The position numbers and the translations under genes were made by a program. A DNA stretch of 64,000 nucleotides from Owenia fusiformis (lineage: Eukaryota), in the NCBI GenBank assembly GCA_903813345.2, contig CAIIXF020000001.1:22320001-22384000 (forward strand), read 5' to 3'. The notes under the pieces are model-generated. The model had not been told where the DNA came from. It did no database searches and saw only the letters and a program-made list of their open reading frames with translations. This document shows, in pieces, positions 11,065 to 23,297 of the stretch; within the stretch, counting starts at the first letter, position 1; every line of letters starts with the position of its first letter.

Positions 11065-14000
11065 TTGGCACGACTTAATGAGAACCTGCCTCAATAGAAC
11101 TCAAACAATCTGAAGACTACATGTACATATAAGTTGGTCATGAAATAATTCTCTTATATATGAATTGATTTTATGTTGAACGTCATTAAAGCGACTTAAC
11201 GGGGTCATATTACCATATACTGGGGATTACAAAAGGATAGGTGGAAACGCTTTTAAAGCCGTGAAACGTCCTCTGGTACTTCAAAAGAAGAACCATAGCC
11301 GTTACGTATAGCCAGGTATGGCGTAACCAAAAAATAATCAGAGAAAGTCACAAAAATAACTGGGCGTAGCTAGGCACGAGGCAAAACATCCTTTAGAATA
11401 GAAATCTTGAATGAAAATATGAAATGAAATCTAATAATATGATTTCCCTTGATTAACATGAAAATTAACAATTAAGTTAATGAAATTACTACTTGTATAG
11501 TAGATAGTGAAGTCGAAGTCGACGTATTGGGCACAATAAGATAGCATTAACGAATTTTAGGAATTATATTAGAAATATTATACTGTGCTGTAAAATCTTT
11601 TTTCTTTATGTCGTCGGACTCAAGCAAATTCCCTTTGTGTATCTATCTAATTTCAATAGATGATACAGTACAGTATCGGTACAGTGTGAGCATTAACATT
11701 AACATCCTTGATATAACGGTATGGAGCCAGGAATTTTTATATGTCAAAATTAAAATCCCCACATGGGTGTAGCACCTGTTACGCCTGTTTTGCGTTCTTG
11801 TTTCCCGTATACCCCCATCAGGATAAAAATTCATGTTGAAATAAGTCATCTGATTTAGGTAGACCAACAACACGGGTAGGGATCGAACAATTTGTCCGCT
11901 ATGACGGAGTGTGCATGCTATTTGTCATGAAAACGTCACATTTTATTTTTTAAACTCATGTTTCGTCTAATAAAGCAATGAGTAAAAGCTATAGAAAACG
12001 GCTTCAGAATATATGTTCAAACATAAATCTGAAGGTATTCATGATGCAATGTGTCTTTTTACTTTTTTAATAAAAAAATAATGTTGACATTTTTTGTCCG
12101 CTATGACGGAACTGTTTTACGTTTTACATTTTGATTTTAATTTTGAAGGGTTGAAATTTAAAATAAGGCAACACATTCCTCTTCCAATTTCAATTAATTT
12201 TGTCATTTTTGCATCTCAAATCAGTTATTGATCAGTCACCTCATTTTCAGAAAAATGAAAATTGAAGGAAAAAATTGGAAACGTTTTATACTCATCAGGT
12301 ATGATTTACACAAGATCTAGATCTGTTCCTTCTACATGCAATTCTCTTTAATGGGTTTGCCCTGCTGCAGAAGCACTCGATTAACAAAACATCTTTAAAA
12401 AATTGACCCAGATTGTTAAGGCGGAATTAGACCGAACGATCAATTTTTCCAAGTTTTATGTTGAATCAAACTTGATATACAGATTGGATCAACCCCGATT
12501 TGCCATCAATCTTGATTCAACCTTGAGAAATGTTTCTATGTATGATACTGGTTTAGTTCGAATTCGAAAAGAGGTTGGGGAGAGGAGATCGAATCGTTCA
12601 TCTTCTTTTAAAGGTTTTCGGCTGAAAACTTGCCTTACCAAAAAATGATCCTAGAGCCCACCCCTCCCTAGATATGACCCTGAGAATTGAAAGCACTTCG
12701 GCACTTCGGGCAACGTTGGTTCTACACATCAGAATAGCCTTAGTCAGACCTGTATTTTTCTATGCAGGCAGATATTTCATGATACCTTGCGCTCAACAAA
12801 AAAGAACCAAAGAAATTTTTAATCTGCAATAAAAAACCTGAGCTACTAATGACTCGGAATTTATGAGCACCCTGTATCAAGGGCCTTGCTCTAATTTATG
12901 ATGAGATATTTACAAACTAGCAAATACACTTATATGTGTATAAATTAGTCTTAACATCAAGAACAATAAACAGTGTGTACTGTAGGCACTAGATTATTCA
13001 GTTTTGGTTTGCCAATATAATTATTTATTATTTGTGTATGGCAGCTGATTCGCTCCCTCTAGTAGTCGCAGCTTGGGAGGGATTAAGAGGGAACTTGGTT
13101 CGTGTGAGAGATTATCGATTATGTATTAATGCATTTCAGTAAATGGCTGGGCAGTTTTATGTAATAATTATTATGAGTCACACGAATGAAGATAGCAGAA
13201 AATGCGTGTGAATTCAGAAATTCCTGTCGTCAGAATTCATAGGATACAAATGCGTAACTAGGTGATCATGGTCATTATGTAGAAATCTAGGTGACACAAA
13301 CATGTGAAACAATGGCCAGTATGAGTAGTGAGTACAACAGGATTGTCATTTAGGTGACATTTTGTCGTTTTTATTGCCGTACTCTCTTATTGTATCTACA
13401 GGGTGGGCCAAAAAACGCCACTTTTTTTCAAAATCCTATAACTTTTTTAATTTTTGATACAAAATCATAATTTGCATACCAAATGAAACTTGAGGATGCT
13501 ATCTAGTCATGGATTATGAATTGTACACTTTTACTTGAAGAAAAGATGTCACCAGCGTCTCACTTAAACATGTGGTGTGCCATGAGAAATAAACATAATT
13601 TGCAAAATGTTCCTGACTGATACGGCCTGATAACCATCAAGCTAATAGCCCTGATGCAAACCCCAGTGAGTATAGGGTATGGGAAGGTCTCCAGACCCTC
13701 CAGGAGATGGTATGAAGGCACCCAATCTAAAATATTGCCCAACTAAAGCTGCCAATTAAAGGTCGAAAGAAACATTTCACCGATATATATCAGCAAGGCA
13801 ACTAAGACTAAAAGCTATCATCAAAGAGGGTTTTATCATATGTTTAACAGATAATGACCACCCATAGTCAATGCATGTAAGTCAAGCTATAGCTATGTAA
13901 ACCAAACCTAGTCAACTCATGCAAATTCTTATGAACGTATTCAGGCCCCTCAGACACTTTTCTTCCAGGGGTGCGGTTTTTACTAAAACAGAATTGAATG

Positions 14001-15292
14001 TAATATGAGAAATGGGATCTTCTCTGCTTTAAGAGTAGATACTTACATAGTAAGATGCTGTCTGATATGAAAAATATTTTTCAAAGGACCGCGAGTTGTT
14101 TGTAGAATGAATCTGGAGAGCTTTTTCATTGCATTTCGCTTGTGTTGTTCATCTAAAAACCGTCAATACACTTTAAAACATTTTAATGACTATAAGATTG
14201 CACCATATAATCCGAAAAAAATGTTTCTCATTTTCAAGGATTATCTATGGATTAACACCCAGGTATTGTTATTTTTCAAACTTCATAGGGCTGGGAATCA
14301 TTATTACGATCGTTTTTGAATAATAGTCTGAAAACCATGCCTCTCTATCATTTCAAAAAGAACAAATAGCTATAGACACCCCTGGGGTCACTTAACTTTT
14401 TTTAATGTCGTTAATATCCTTGATATGTAGGATCAAATTGTAGATAAATATGTATTTTTCAAGAAATAGCAATAAAAAGCATTCAAGATTACTGATAAAA
14501 GTATATTTTGGTTGATTTGGGAGGTATGTATCACTTCCTGTGAAAATATGAATTTTTTATCAGTCTCAGAAAATTTCTCCAGAATGTATAAACCCAACTT
14601 GGCAGATGTCCCATTGTTTGATTGTGTCACTCTATACACTCATTGCCTGGATTAATATTTTGTACACATAAATAGTCATATTTCAATAGTCATTGAGTAG
14701 GGATTAGTTATGTTTGCAATTGTGTTGACCTACTTATTTTTAGAGAGAGGAAGGTAATGATAAACTCTTGCATTGTTCGCCTGGTTCTTACCTAGAAAGT
14801 TATTTGTAGTAAGGGAATAGTGTACTTCTAAGGTACTTCTTGAGATATATAAAAATCTAGGTAAGGACCAGGCGTTGTGCAAAAATGGAACTTTTCTGCA
14901 ATTTACAGCATGAAATTAAATTATGTCAGCCATTTTGAAAATCCTTAGAATGATTGTGACAGTTGTGCTTTATATATTTGAGTATATTTTCTTTATTCAT
15001 ATGATATTTTCATGAACTAATATGTATGCTTGCACTGGAGCATGACCTCTTGAGAAGCATATACATTTACCATGGCTTTAAGCAACATAATAACATGCAA
15101 TTCCTTTCAATACATTCATTGAATTGAATGAGATGATTGTTGTGCAATCATTTCATCTTCATGTGAAATGCATCATTTTTGTCAATGATTTATCACAGTT
15201 CACTGGCTGTTCATACCAATGTTTATATTTAGAAATCCAGCTCAACTATATTACGCAGAAGAAATATATTAAGGACAGTCGAGCGACGTGTG

Positions 15293-16374
15293 TTTGAATA
15301 ATTCTGTTATTTCTGATTCACACGACTCTGATTTGTTTAATTAAAAAAAAAGTTTTAAAAATATTACTTAGGAACGTAACCGGAGCTGGGAACGTAACCG
15401 GAGCAGATCAGTTGAATTATATAATTTAAAAAAATAAAGTATATGATTTAAAGCATATATATTATTTACAAACACATATGAATGTTAAAATGAGCATTTA
15501 TTACCCTTCACTTACAGGAAAATCAATGCATGGCAAAACATATAAATTTTCTAAAGATATATTTTTTTGCACTTATATTTTAGAGTATCAAAAAATTCAT
15601 TGATAGTTATTGCTTCAGTGGGAAGCTGGGAAGTAACACAAGGAGATACATGTATAGTACAAAGTTCTGTCAAACAAAGAAGAGGCAGTCATCAGTCGCA
15701 TCGCTAATTAAAAGCAAATATGCCTAATACAAAAGTGATGCCATAAAATAGTTATTTTTTCATGAGTTAATAAATTCCTAAATTGTTCAGTGATTTTTTT
15801 TAATGTGATTGATCATGTTTGCCCTTTTCTTCCATGTTTTTCCACAATGGGGACATTCAAATACAACTTTTCCGTGGGTAATCCTTTTGTGTTTGTCAAG
15901 ATATTCCTTGGTTTTAAAGGATCGTACTTCCATATCACTTAGTCCAATTTCTTGACATAGTATAACAGAGTGGGTTCTAATAGTTCGCTGAACAAATACA
16001 ATGGGTGAAATCAAATGGAATTATTTGCTTACTACATTTAATCACTTCATTCTCCATACAATGATTGTTCTATGTTTGCCTTTCTAAGGTAAGTGCACTT
16101 ATGCATGGTAAATACCAAATTTAATTTTTCACAATGGATAAATTTTTTTCTTTAAATAAAATGTAATAAATACGCATTCGAACAATCCCGTATGTTTTTA
16201 AATTAGTATATGTGCTTTAAATCATATATTTTAATTTTTTGATTAAATAATTCAACTGATCTGCTCCGGTTACGTTCCCAGCTCCGGTAACGTTCCTAAG
16301 TAATATTTTTAAAACTTTTTTTTTAATTAAACAAATCAGAGTCGTGTGAATCAGAAATAACACAATTATTCAAA
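15293..16374. mobile_element. Non-autonomous TIR element carrying C2H2 zinc-finger remnants
   Basis: Near-perfect inverted repeats of about 165 bp (15293-15460 vs 16208-16374), each with a doubled GGAACGTAACCGGAGC unit. Minus-strand internal peptide KHKRITHGKVVFECPHCGKTWKKRANMINHIKKNH. No clear TSD. Confidence 0.8.
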
Positions 16375-17029
16375 AGTATAAGGACTATTCTGCACTTTTG
16401 TCAAATGTCTATACTTAAATGTTGTAAAAAGTTATAATCGAAAAACCATCTTTCGGAGTAAAGTCCGTCTGCGCCGATTTCAATAACTTCGTACTTGATC
16501 AGAACTGGGTTCCAACAGAATTCCTACAAACTCATGAATGAAATAGTTATTGCATGGAATACTTACTTTTGTCAAAATCAAAATAGAACTCTAGTTAAAA
16601 AATATATTGTGCTAAATTATTGCCATTTCTTAGTAAAATGTCGTTCTCCGGTACGTTGCCAAAATTATTCGATGGTACCCCGTGATTGTAATTGAGGAAA
16701 AAAATTGAGAAAATTTGGAGGTATTGGAAATAAAGTCAAATTACGTTTCCATCAAAAGTATTTTCTTCGCGGGTTAAGTATATAAAAATTGAAAAGTAAA
16801 GAGGCTTTAACACGTAGTTCAATGAGGGAGCTAAGGTTGCCAAACTTATGGTGTAAATCTAGTCAAAGGAAAATAGCATTTATATAAAATGTTTCAAAAG
16901 AGGGCATTTAATCTGGAACGTTTGTCATAACATTGTAATATTGATGCTATTTATGTATTCATATAAGTGTCTCATAAGCCGGCATCGGCTAGAGGTTTTT
17001 TATTAATGTATTTTAGTATTGTATTTTAT

Positions 17030-17175
17030 TTATCGTATGATCTGTAAAATGAAGCCCTTTGATTGGTCAGTTCTTGTGCTGAGCCAATCTGTATTGCTAC
17101 TGAGATTGTCCCCGTTGATCATCTCCGTCGCAATACAGAAAATATTGGTACGGAGGGGACAATCTCAGTAGCAAT
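17030..17175 (+). repeat. Dispersed repeat, second copy at about 22485-22630
   Basis: Shared TATCGTATGATCTG.AAAATGAAGCCC...GATTGGTCA...TTGATCATCTCCGT...CGGAGGGGACAAT. Confidence 0.7.
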
Positions 17176-17343
17176 AGAGGATCACACGATAAAAACGTCA
17201 TTGAATGATTTGAAGTGCAATACAGACACATTGACCTGTGATACTATAATGAACTATATAAACTAAACTATATAACATATGTCTTCCGTTGATGCTGTTT
17301 AAGAGCATTCTTGGTAAAGTTAAGTTAAAGAGGGCTGGTGGCA

Positions 17344-18562
17344 CCTGAGGCCCAAGAATACGTTAAAAATGTTTAAAAAGTCCCCTAGTGTACTGAGTTG
17401 GTAATGCGTGGTGTACGAGGGGTGATCAATAAGTAATGGACGCTTTTTTACACAGATACTTTTTATGGACCAATCTCTTTGATTTTCCTACCAGTGATAC
17501 ATCATTCAATTATCTATCAATTCTTAAGATTTGAAGACAAAATATATAATACATGTTGATATATCCTTATTTCCATGAAGGGGCGACATTTTAGTCACAT
17601 TTTCAGTTTTTAGCCAGTTTGGCTTTCAGTTAGATTTGAACTTCTTTTACATGCAACAAGTGTTGTGAGTTGAAATATTTTGCTGACTGGTAACACACAA
17701 ACAGTAAGTATTGTGATGTCAGAGTGTTGTATGGTTGGGGTTTGCAGGAATTTGAGGAAGCATTGTGGAAGAATGAGTTGGTGGGAGAAAGGAACACCCT
17801 ACTCCATATGGACAATGCACCTGCCCACAGATCTCAAAATGTTCAGAAAACGATATCCCTGGACCTCAAAACTGAGCCCTTGGCCAATGCACCATATTGT
17901 CCAGATCTGCTCACATGTGACTTATTTATTCTTATAGTATTTCTATAAAGACGGGACGTAGGTTTATTGACATTGATGAAATAAAACAACCCGTACAACT
18001 GCATCTTGCTACCATGTCAGAAAATGGATTCAGCCTTGTCTCACAATCTTGAGTTAGAGGATTAGGAATTGTGTACATGTAGCACTTGATGGAACCTATG
18101 TAGAGGGCCCTGTAGAATGAATGTGGCATGAATATACCACAAAGTGATGATAAAATATTCAAAATCAACTGTGGCATAACATAATGGGGTAATTCATGAC
18201 CATAATGGTTTGTTTTGTCAACCTGCATTCAACTGCGTTGCATGTTAAACAAGCTAAAATACCTTCAGAATGTTTGACGTAAATGTCGGTCCCGGGGTAC
18301 CTATACCTCCTTCACGGAAATAAAGATATAGCAAAATATATTACATGTCTTGTTTTCAAATCTTCAGAGTTAATAGATAATTGAACGATGTATCACTGGT
18401 AAGAAAGTCGAAGGTATTGGTCCATAAAAAGTATCTGTGCAAAAAAGCGTCCATTACTTATTGATCACCCCTCGTATACATGTATATCTTTTACTATAGA
18501 ATACTTACATGTATAAGAATAAGACTGACTTTTTATTAATTACTGTATACCCGGGCTTCAGG
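17344..18562. mobile_element. Middle small TIR element with 6-bp TSD
   Basis: Ends CCTGAGGCCC... / ...GGGCTTCAGG. GTGGCA is duplicated at 17338-17343 and 18563-18568. Confidence 0.6.
17416..18474 (+). mobile_element. Internally deleted mariner transposon
   Basis: TA TSD and TIRs of about 165 bp starting CGAGGGGTGATCAATAAGTAATG. Transposase remnant LLHMDNAPAHRS...APYCPDLLTCDLF (mariner HDNAxxH and YSPDL motifs) at 17724-17948. Confidence 0.92.
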
Positions 18563-18867
18563 GTGGCACCCTTAATATCAATGATTTAGACTGCCATTGG
18601 TTTATGATGTTTGTGAGAGGCTCCGACAATTTAAAATGGGACACACATGGTTTATTACTCATGCTGTTTTATCAATCAATGTTTTTATAATCAGTCATCG
18701 AATGCTTTCTGTGTCCTGTACTTACATCGCCCCATCCCTGGCCCCATCATCTCAACAAATTGACAACAATTGACAGTCTAAATCATTGATATAAGGGTGC
18801 CACCAGCTCTCTTTAACTTAGCTTTACCAAGAATGCTCAACTGTATGTCCAATATGTTGTTAATGTA

Positions 18868-19367
18868 CAGGGTGGTCAGAAAAATGGAAACCCTAATACC
18901 ATTTCCTTATATCTTTGTACATGACCATCAGCTTAATAGTCACAATGTTACAGTACTTTAAAGAACATGCCCAGTGGCCACTATTGCCCTTTCGGGAAAC
19001 CTGCACTCATCGTCTAAAATGTCCCTACCTGTGGGCATACAGCAGAGAGAGAGAGTATATGAGAATGACCTCTGGATAATTGCAAACCTCAAAAGTGAGA
19101 TCATTCATGTCATTCAGGCCATACCTGCTGAGGAATGCTTTCGGTCATTGACAACTGTGCTGTTTTGCCAACATCGCGAGGATGGCCAAATCTGAAGCAT
19201 GTTATTCAAAGTGCTGTAAAATTGTGACTATCAGTCTGATGGTCATGAAATATGGTAGGGTGGTAGGAAATTGAACGATGTACAAATGTGTGAAATATCA
19301 AGGAGTAATTTTTAAAGTGACAACGATATAAGGAAAATGTAGGGTTTCCATTTTTTGACCACCTCAG
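18868..19367 (+). mobile_element. Tc1/mariner-family deletion derivative
   Basis: TA|CAGGGTGGTCAGAAAAATGGAAACCCTA left TIR with a degenerate inverse at about 19320-19367. The internal peptide VYENDLWIIANLKSEIIHVIQAIPAEEC resembles a transposase C-terminus. Confidence 0.65.
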
Positions 19368-19680
19368 TCTGAATTAACTGATAGTGTTGTAGAACTCGAA
19401 TGTTTGCAATATGCAGCTTAAAATATAGGGATAAGCAGTACGATGTGAATTCACCAAAAATGTTTTGTGAAGCTACGGCCACTATACGGCCACCGTAGAG
19501 CTAATGTGACAGAAACTTTATTCAATTTCAACATTAAGTATATTTTCAAATGTAAGTTTGCCACATTTGAGAGAGATTACAAAATGTCAACATATCTCCA
19601 AGAGTACTAGTAAGATAGATGGGGGGGGGGGGTATTTTACAATGCAGACCATCTGATGCAGACGGGCGTTTAATGAGATT

Positions 19681-21877
19681 TTAGATTACTATGAATCTAT
19701 TTACAAATGGAAGTTTTTCCTTGTTACACTCAGGTGCTCCTTTAAATACATGTGTCTTGTTATGGAAACAACTATAGCCATTCAGTTTGTAAGGTATAAA
19801 TCTGGAACCAACTTTATCCCACGTCCCTATATCATTGCATGTTCCTCCATAGCAACCAACTACGGGGAGATTTTCATCTAGTAGCCCCCAGTTTCTTTCA
19901 TTTTTATATGACATGAATCTTGGATTGAACCTTTTGTTATCATTCCTAGGATGCCATATATGATAGAATGGACTATGGACCGAAACGCCCCAGTAGTTAG
20001 TATTGATAAAGGGCACGCCATATTTGTGCAAACGACAGAAGAATCCCCATTCGACATAAGCAAAATAGATCATCCCTTCATTATACCCTCCGGAGCACAT
20101 CCAAGCGTCCTTGGGGATGGCAAATACTCCTATTGCAGCCCCGAAGTAATCTTTAGTCGCCCTGTAGGGAAACCAATTATCAAACCAATAGGGGATGGCT
20201 TTCCCGTACTGCTCAAGGAACCGATAGGGATCTTTGACGATTTTCTCGTAGTCGAATCTCTCAGTGTCTCGTCTCCCACTCCACCAGACTTTGTTGATCT
20301 CAGGCCAGCCTTGTTGTCGTTGAATCTTCAACCAATGAAAGAATGCTGGTCCTACGAGTGTATCTTGATCTATTCTGAGTATCATTTCTCCATGTGCAAA
20401 CCTCGCTGCTACGTTAAGAGCGTGTACCTCAGAGAGGGGCGATTCTGCTTGTTTTGCTGCTATCTCAGGGGAGACTTTCACCCAATATATTTTGCAACTC
20501 GGGTGATGGTAATACACCGGTTGTAACCAGTCTATTTGATACACCGGGGATTTCGAGTTCCAATCTGTTATTACCACTTCGGAGACGTCGCTGAGGCCAT
20601 TCCGTTCCATGCCTGTGCAGACCTCGCGCAGGGTTGTGGCCAGACGCTCCATCGTTGTCCCCCTATAATTGTCGTTACGGGTCATCAATATAAAAGACAA
20701 CTTCATCTGTTTGTAGGATCTGATATTGTAGTGAAAACCTGAAATGGAATAAGCTGATATTTAGTATTAAACATTTATTTATTCAGATATATTTTAACAG
20801 TGGCACTCTCAAAATAAGTATATAGTATATTATGGAAAGTTATATGTAGATGAAGTGATATGTAGATTAAAAACATATTCCTACGTCTAAGAAGTACCAG
20901 AATAAAAACGTGTTAAAATTACCTTTAAAAAGGTTTTACTGTAAAGAATTAAATAAAACACTCAAAAGGGTAGTATTAATAACAATAGTATTTTTCTTCA
21001 TTTCATGGTATTTCATTTTTCCCACTCGTTGACCACTGTCGCCCAATTGGTGACCATTTTGCCAACTTTCTGACAATTTTGCCCATTTGGAAAAATAAAT
21101 GTAGACAGGATTGTTTGTGAAAACTGTTTGACATACAACCTGTTTATCAAATATGTTTGATCCCAGGTTTCATCGATTTCCCAATCGGTGTAACCAATCT
21201 GAACAGGGTCCATAACCTTTGAATTGATTTTAAAATCAGTTTCAAATAAAATGTCTCTCTGTGCTTAACATGTAAACTAATCAAATCTATTATTTTTTCT
21301 ATTATTTTCTCTTCTTCATAGTTTGTTACCCATTTTTTGTAACAACATGCCATTTGTTACAGACGTTGACGGTCAAACGCAAAACGCCTTGCGTCAACCG
21401 GTGAATGTCGAACACCCCTCGCGGTGGTGACAAAATAAGAAAAGACACAGTCATTCACAGTAAAAAAAAGTTGTTAATCTGAACATTATGTCTTAAGTAA
21501 TTGCAAATTACAAAATTGCAACAATTGTAACAGATGCCAATACCGAATAAAACGATATATAACATACTCGTACATGTACTTCTCTTTTCACTTGCAAAAA
21601 AAGAAACATATACATATCAGATACACGATATGTGAATTAATAAATTTCTGACAATGGATTTTCGGATTCTACTTTTCATTATATCTATTATACCACGTGT
21701 ACCATTGGCCTACCTTGGGTTCATATGATACTATGGTTTTCGGATCACTCAAATGGTTTACTTACTTGCTGGCTTATATATCCAATCACGAAAAAGTTTC
21801 ATGACAATTATTAGAATTATAACAGAAATCACACAGATGTACGGCCTCTTGGGAGACCTGCCTAGACATTTGATCAT
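19681..21877 (-). CDS. Type II membrane GT-A glycosyltransferase (GT2/GT7-like), two exons, about 389 aa
   Basis: Exon 1 (21766-21877): MIKCLGRSPKRPYICVISVIILIIVMKLF..., a TM anchor with a GTAAGT donor in phase 1. It splices in frame to exon 2 (19681-20738), which has RNDNY, VVITDWNS, ALNVAARFAHGEMILRIDQD (DxD), GGYNEG and YHIWH. Confidence 0.85.
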
Positions 21878-23297
21878 TTTACTAATGCTTCCTTTGGTTT
21901 AATAGATATTGAACTATCAAAAATACGTTGATTTGTCGGTGATCCTTATTAAATGTTTCCATGTACTCCTGTAATTCATATAGGACAAATACAGATTTTG
22001 TTTAGATTAAACTGTTTGAACTATATAAGGCTAAATATCATAATCCATTTCTCTACATTAACCCATTGTTAAATATACTAGGTATCCTGTGTGAATGAAA
22101 CGTCAGTAGCGAATGTTACCCTTATCTCTACCAATGATCTGTCCGGCATCGATTTAAATAATGAATTAATTTTAGTTCTACAGTGTAAGTCAAAGGTACA
22201 TATCTGTTTCAAGTCAATATTTTAAACACGTGCATTTTGTTTTGTGTTTTTCTGATAATATTTTATTTTACCTTCAAAGCACATCCATCTGTTCGCTTTT
22301 TATGAAAGACGTTTGGCACAAACCGCAAATAGCAGTCGGTCTTTTGAAACTTATATACATTGATTGATGTTTTTGTTAAAACAATAAACGTGCAATTAAT
22401 GAGATTATGTGAAAGGTATTGATATTGTTATTTGTAAACCACGGAATAAGGCCCAATTTATAAACAGAAATAACATTATAAGAATTTATCGTATGATCTG
22501 CAAAATGAAGCCCTCTGAAGCCCTCTGATTGGTCATTTCTTGTGCTGTACCATATTGCTATTGAAATTTTCCCCATTGATCATCTCCGTAGCAATAGGAA
22601 AATATTGATACGGAGGGGACAATATCAATTGCATTACTTCGCCTTCGTCTCGTGCCGGTACATAATTTCTCGAGCACAATATATCCTGTATTGCACTTCA
22701 AACCATTCAACAACTTATAATATTTTGACATAAGCTTGGAAAGATCCCCCTTGATCTTCTACTTTCAAAATAAAAGTCTGCATGTCGAGGTAAAGTTGAT
22801 TGATTATAAAGTTTTCTCATTAAATAAGTGACTTCGTACATCTTCGTGAACATTCCTGTTTGAGCATGACCATATGTGGAGTGCTTCAGGGCTCCAATTT
22901 AAAACAGGGCTCCATTTAAAACAAAGGGCAGGTAACATAATGACTAGTTTAAGGCTGCGTAATGGCTAATTGTACAGCTGTACAGAGTGTCCCGAAAGTA
23001 TGCGACCCCCCCCCCCCATCCACCCTCCCTAGGCAAACATATACCCATTTCACCATATTGTGTGTCATATATCATTTCAAAGTGCAAAAATAAATTGTGT
23101 GGATTTCCTAGTTTTTCTATGTAAAATATCACGCTCCGTAACAGCGGACAAAATTTTCGATACCAGCCTGTGATTCTAACAAAGAGGCTGGGTCAACATG
23201 CCCATTATCAATTTTGAGATAAATCATGACAAAAATAAACTGTCTTGCTAAGTATATGTGCATCAAATCTGTACACGGCTTAGATAGGCGTTTCAAA

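Larger units (their letters stand above)
17303..18838. mobile_element. Outer MITE of a three-level nested insertion
   Basis: TIRs GAGCATTCTTGGTAAAGTTAAGTTAAAGAG.GCTGGTGGCACC at 17303 and the reverse complement ending 18838. The interrupted left arm resumes at 18563 and pairs with about 18770-18803. Confidence 0.75.

Noticed and set aside
19951-20526. 191-aa + strand ORF
   Set aside because: Antisense shadow of the glycosyltransferase exon with no recognisable motif.
11871-23172. Two related CAC-starting repeat ends in inverted orientation as one 11-kb element enclosing the GT gene
   Set aside because: The ends are diverged and the flanks share no TSD; they are more likely independent fragments of one family.
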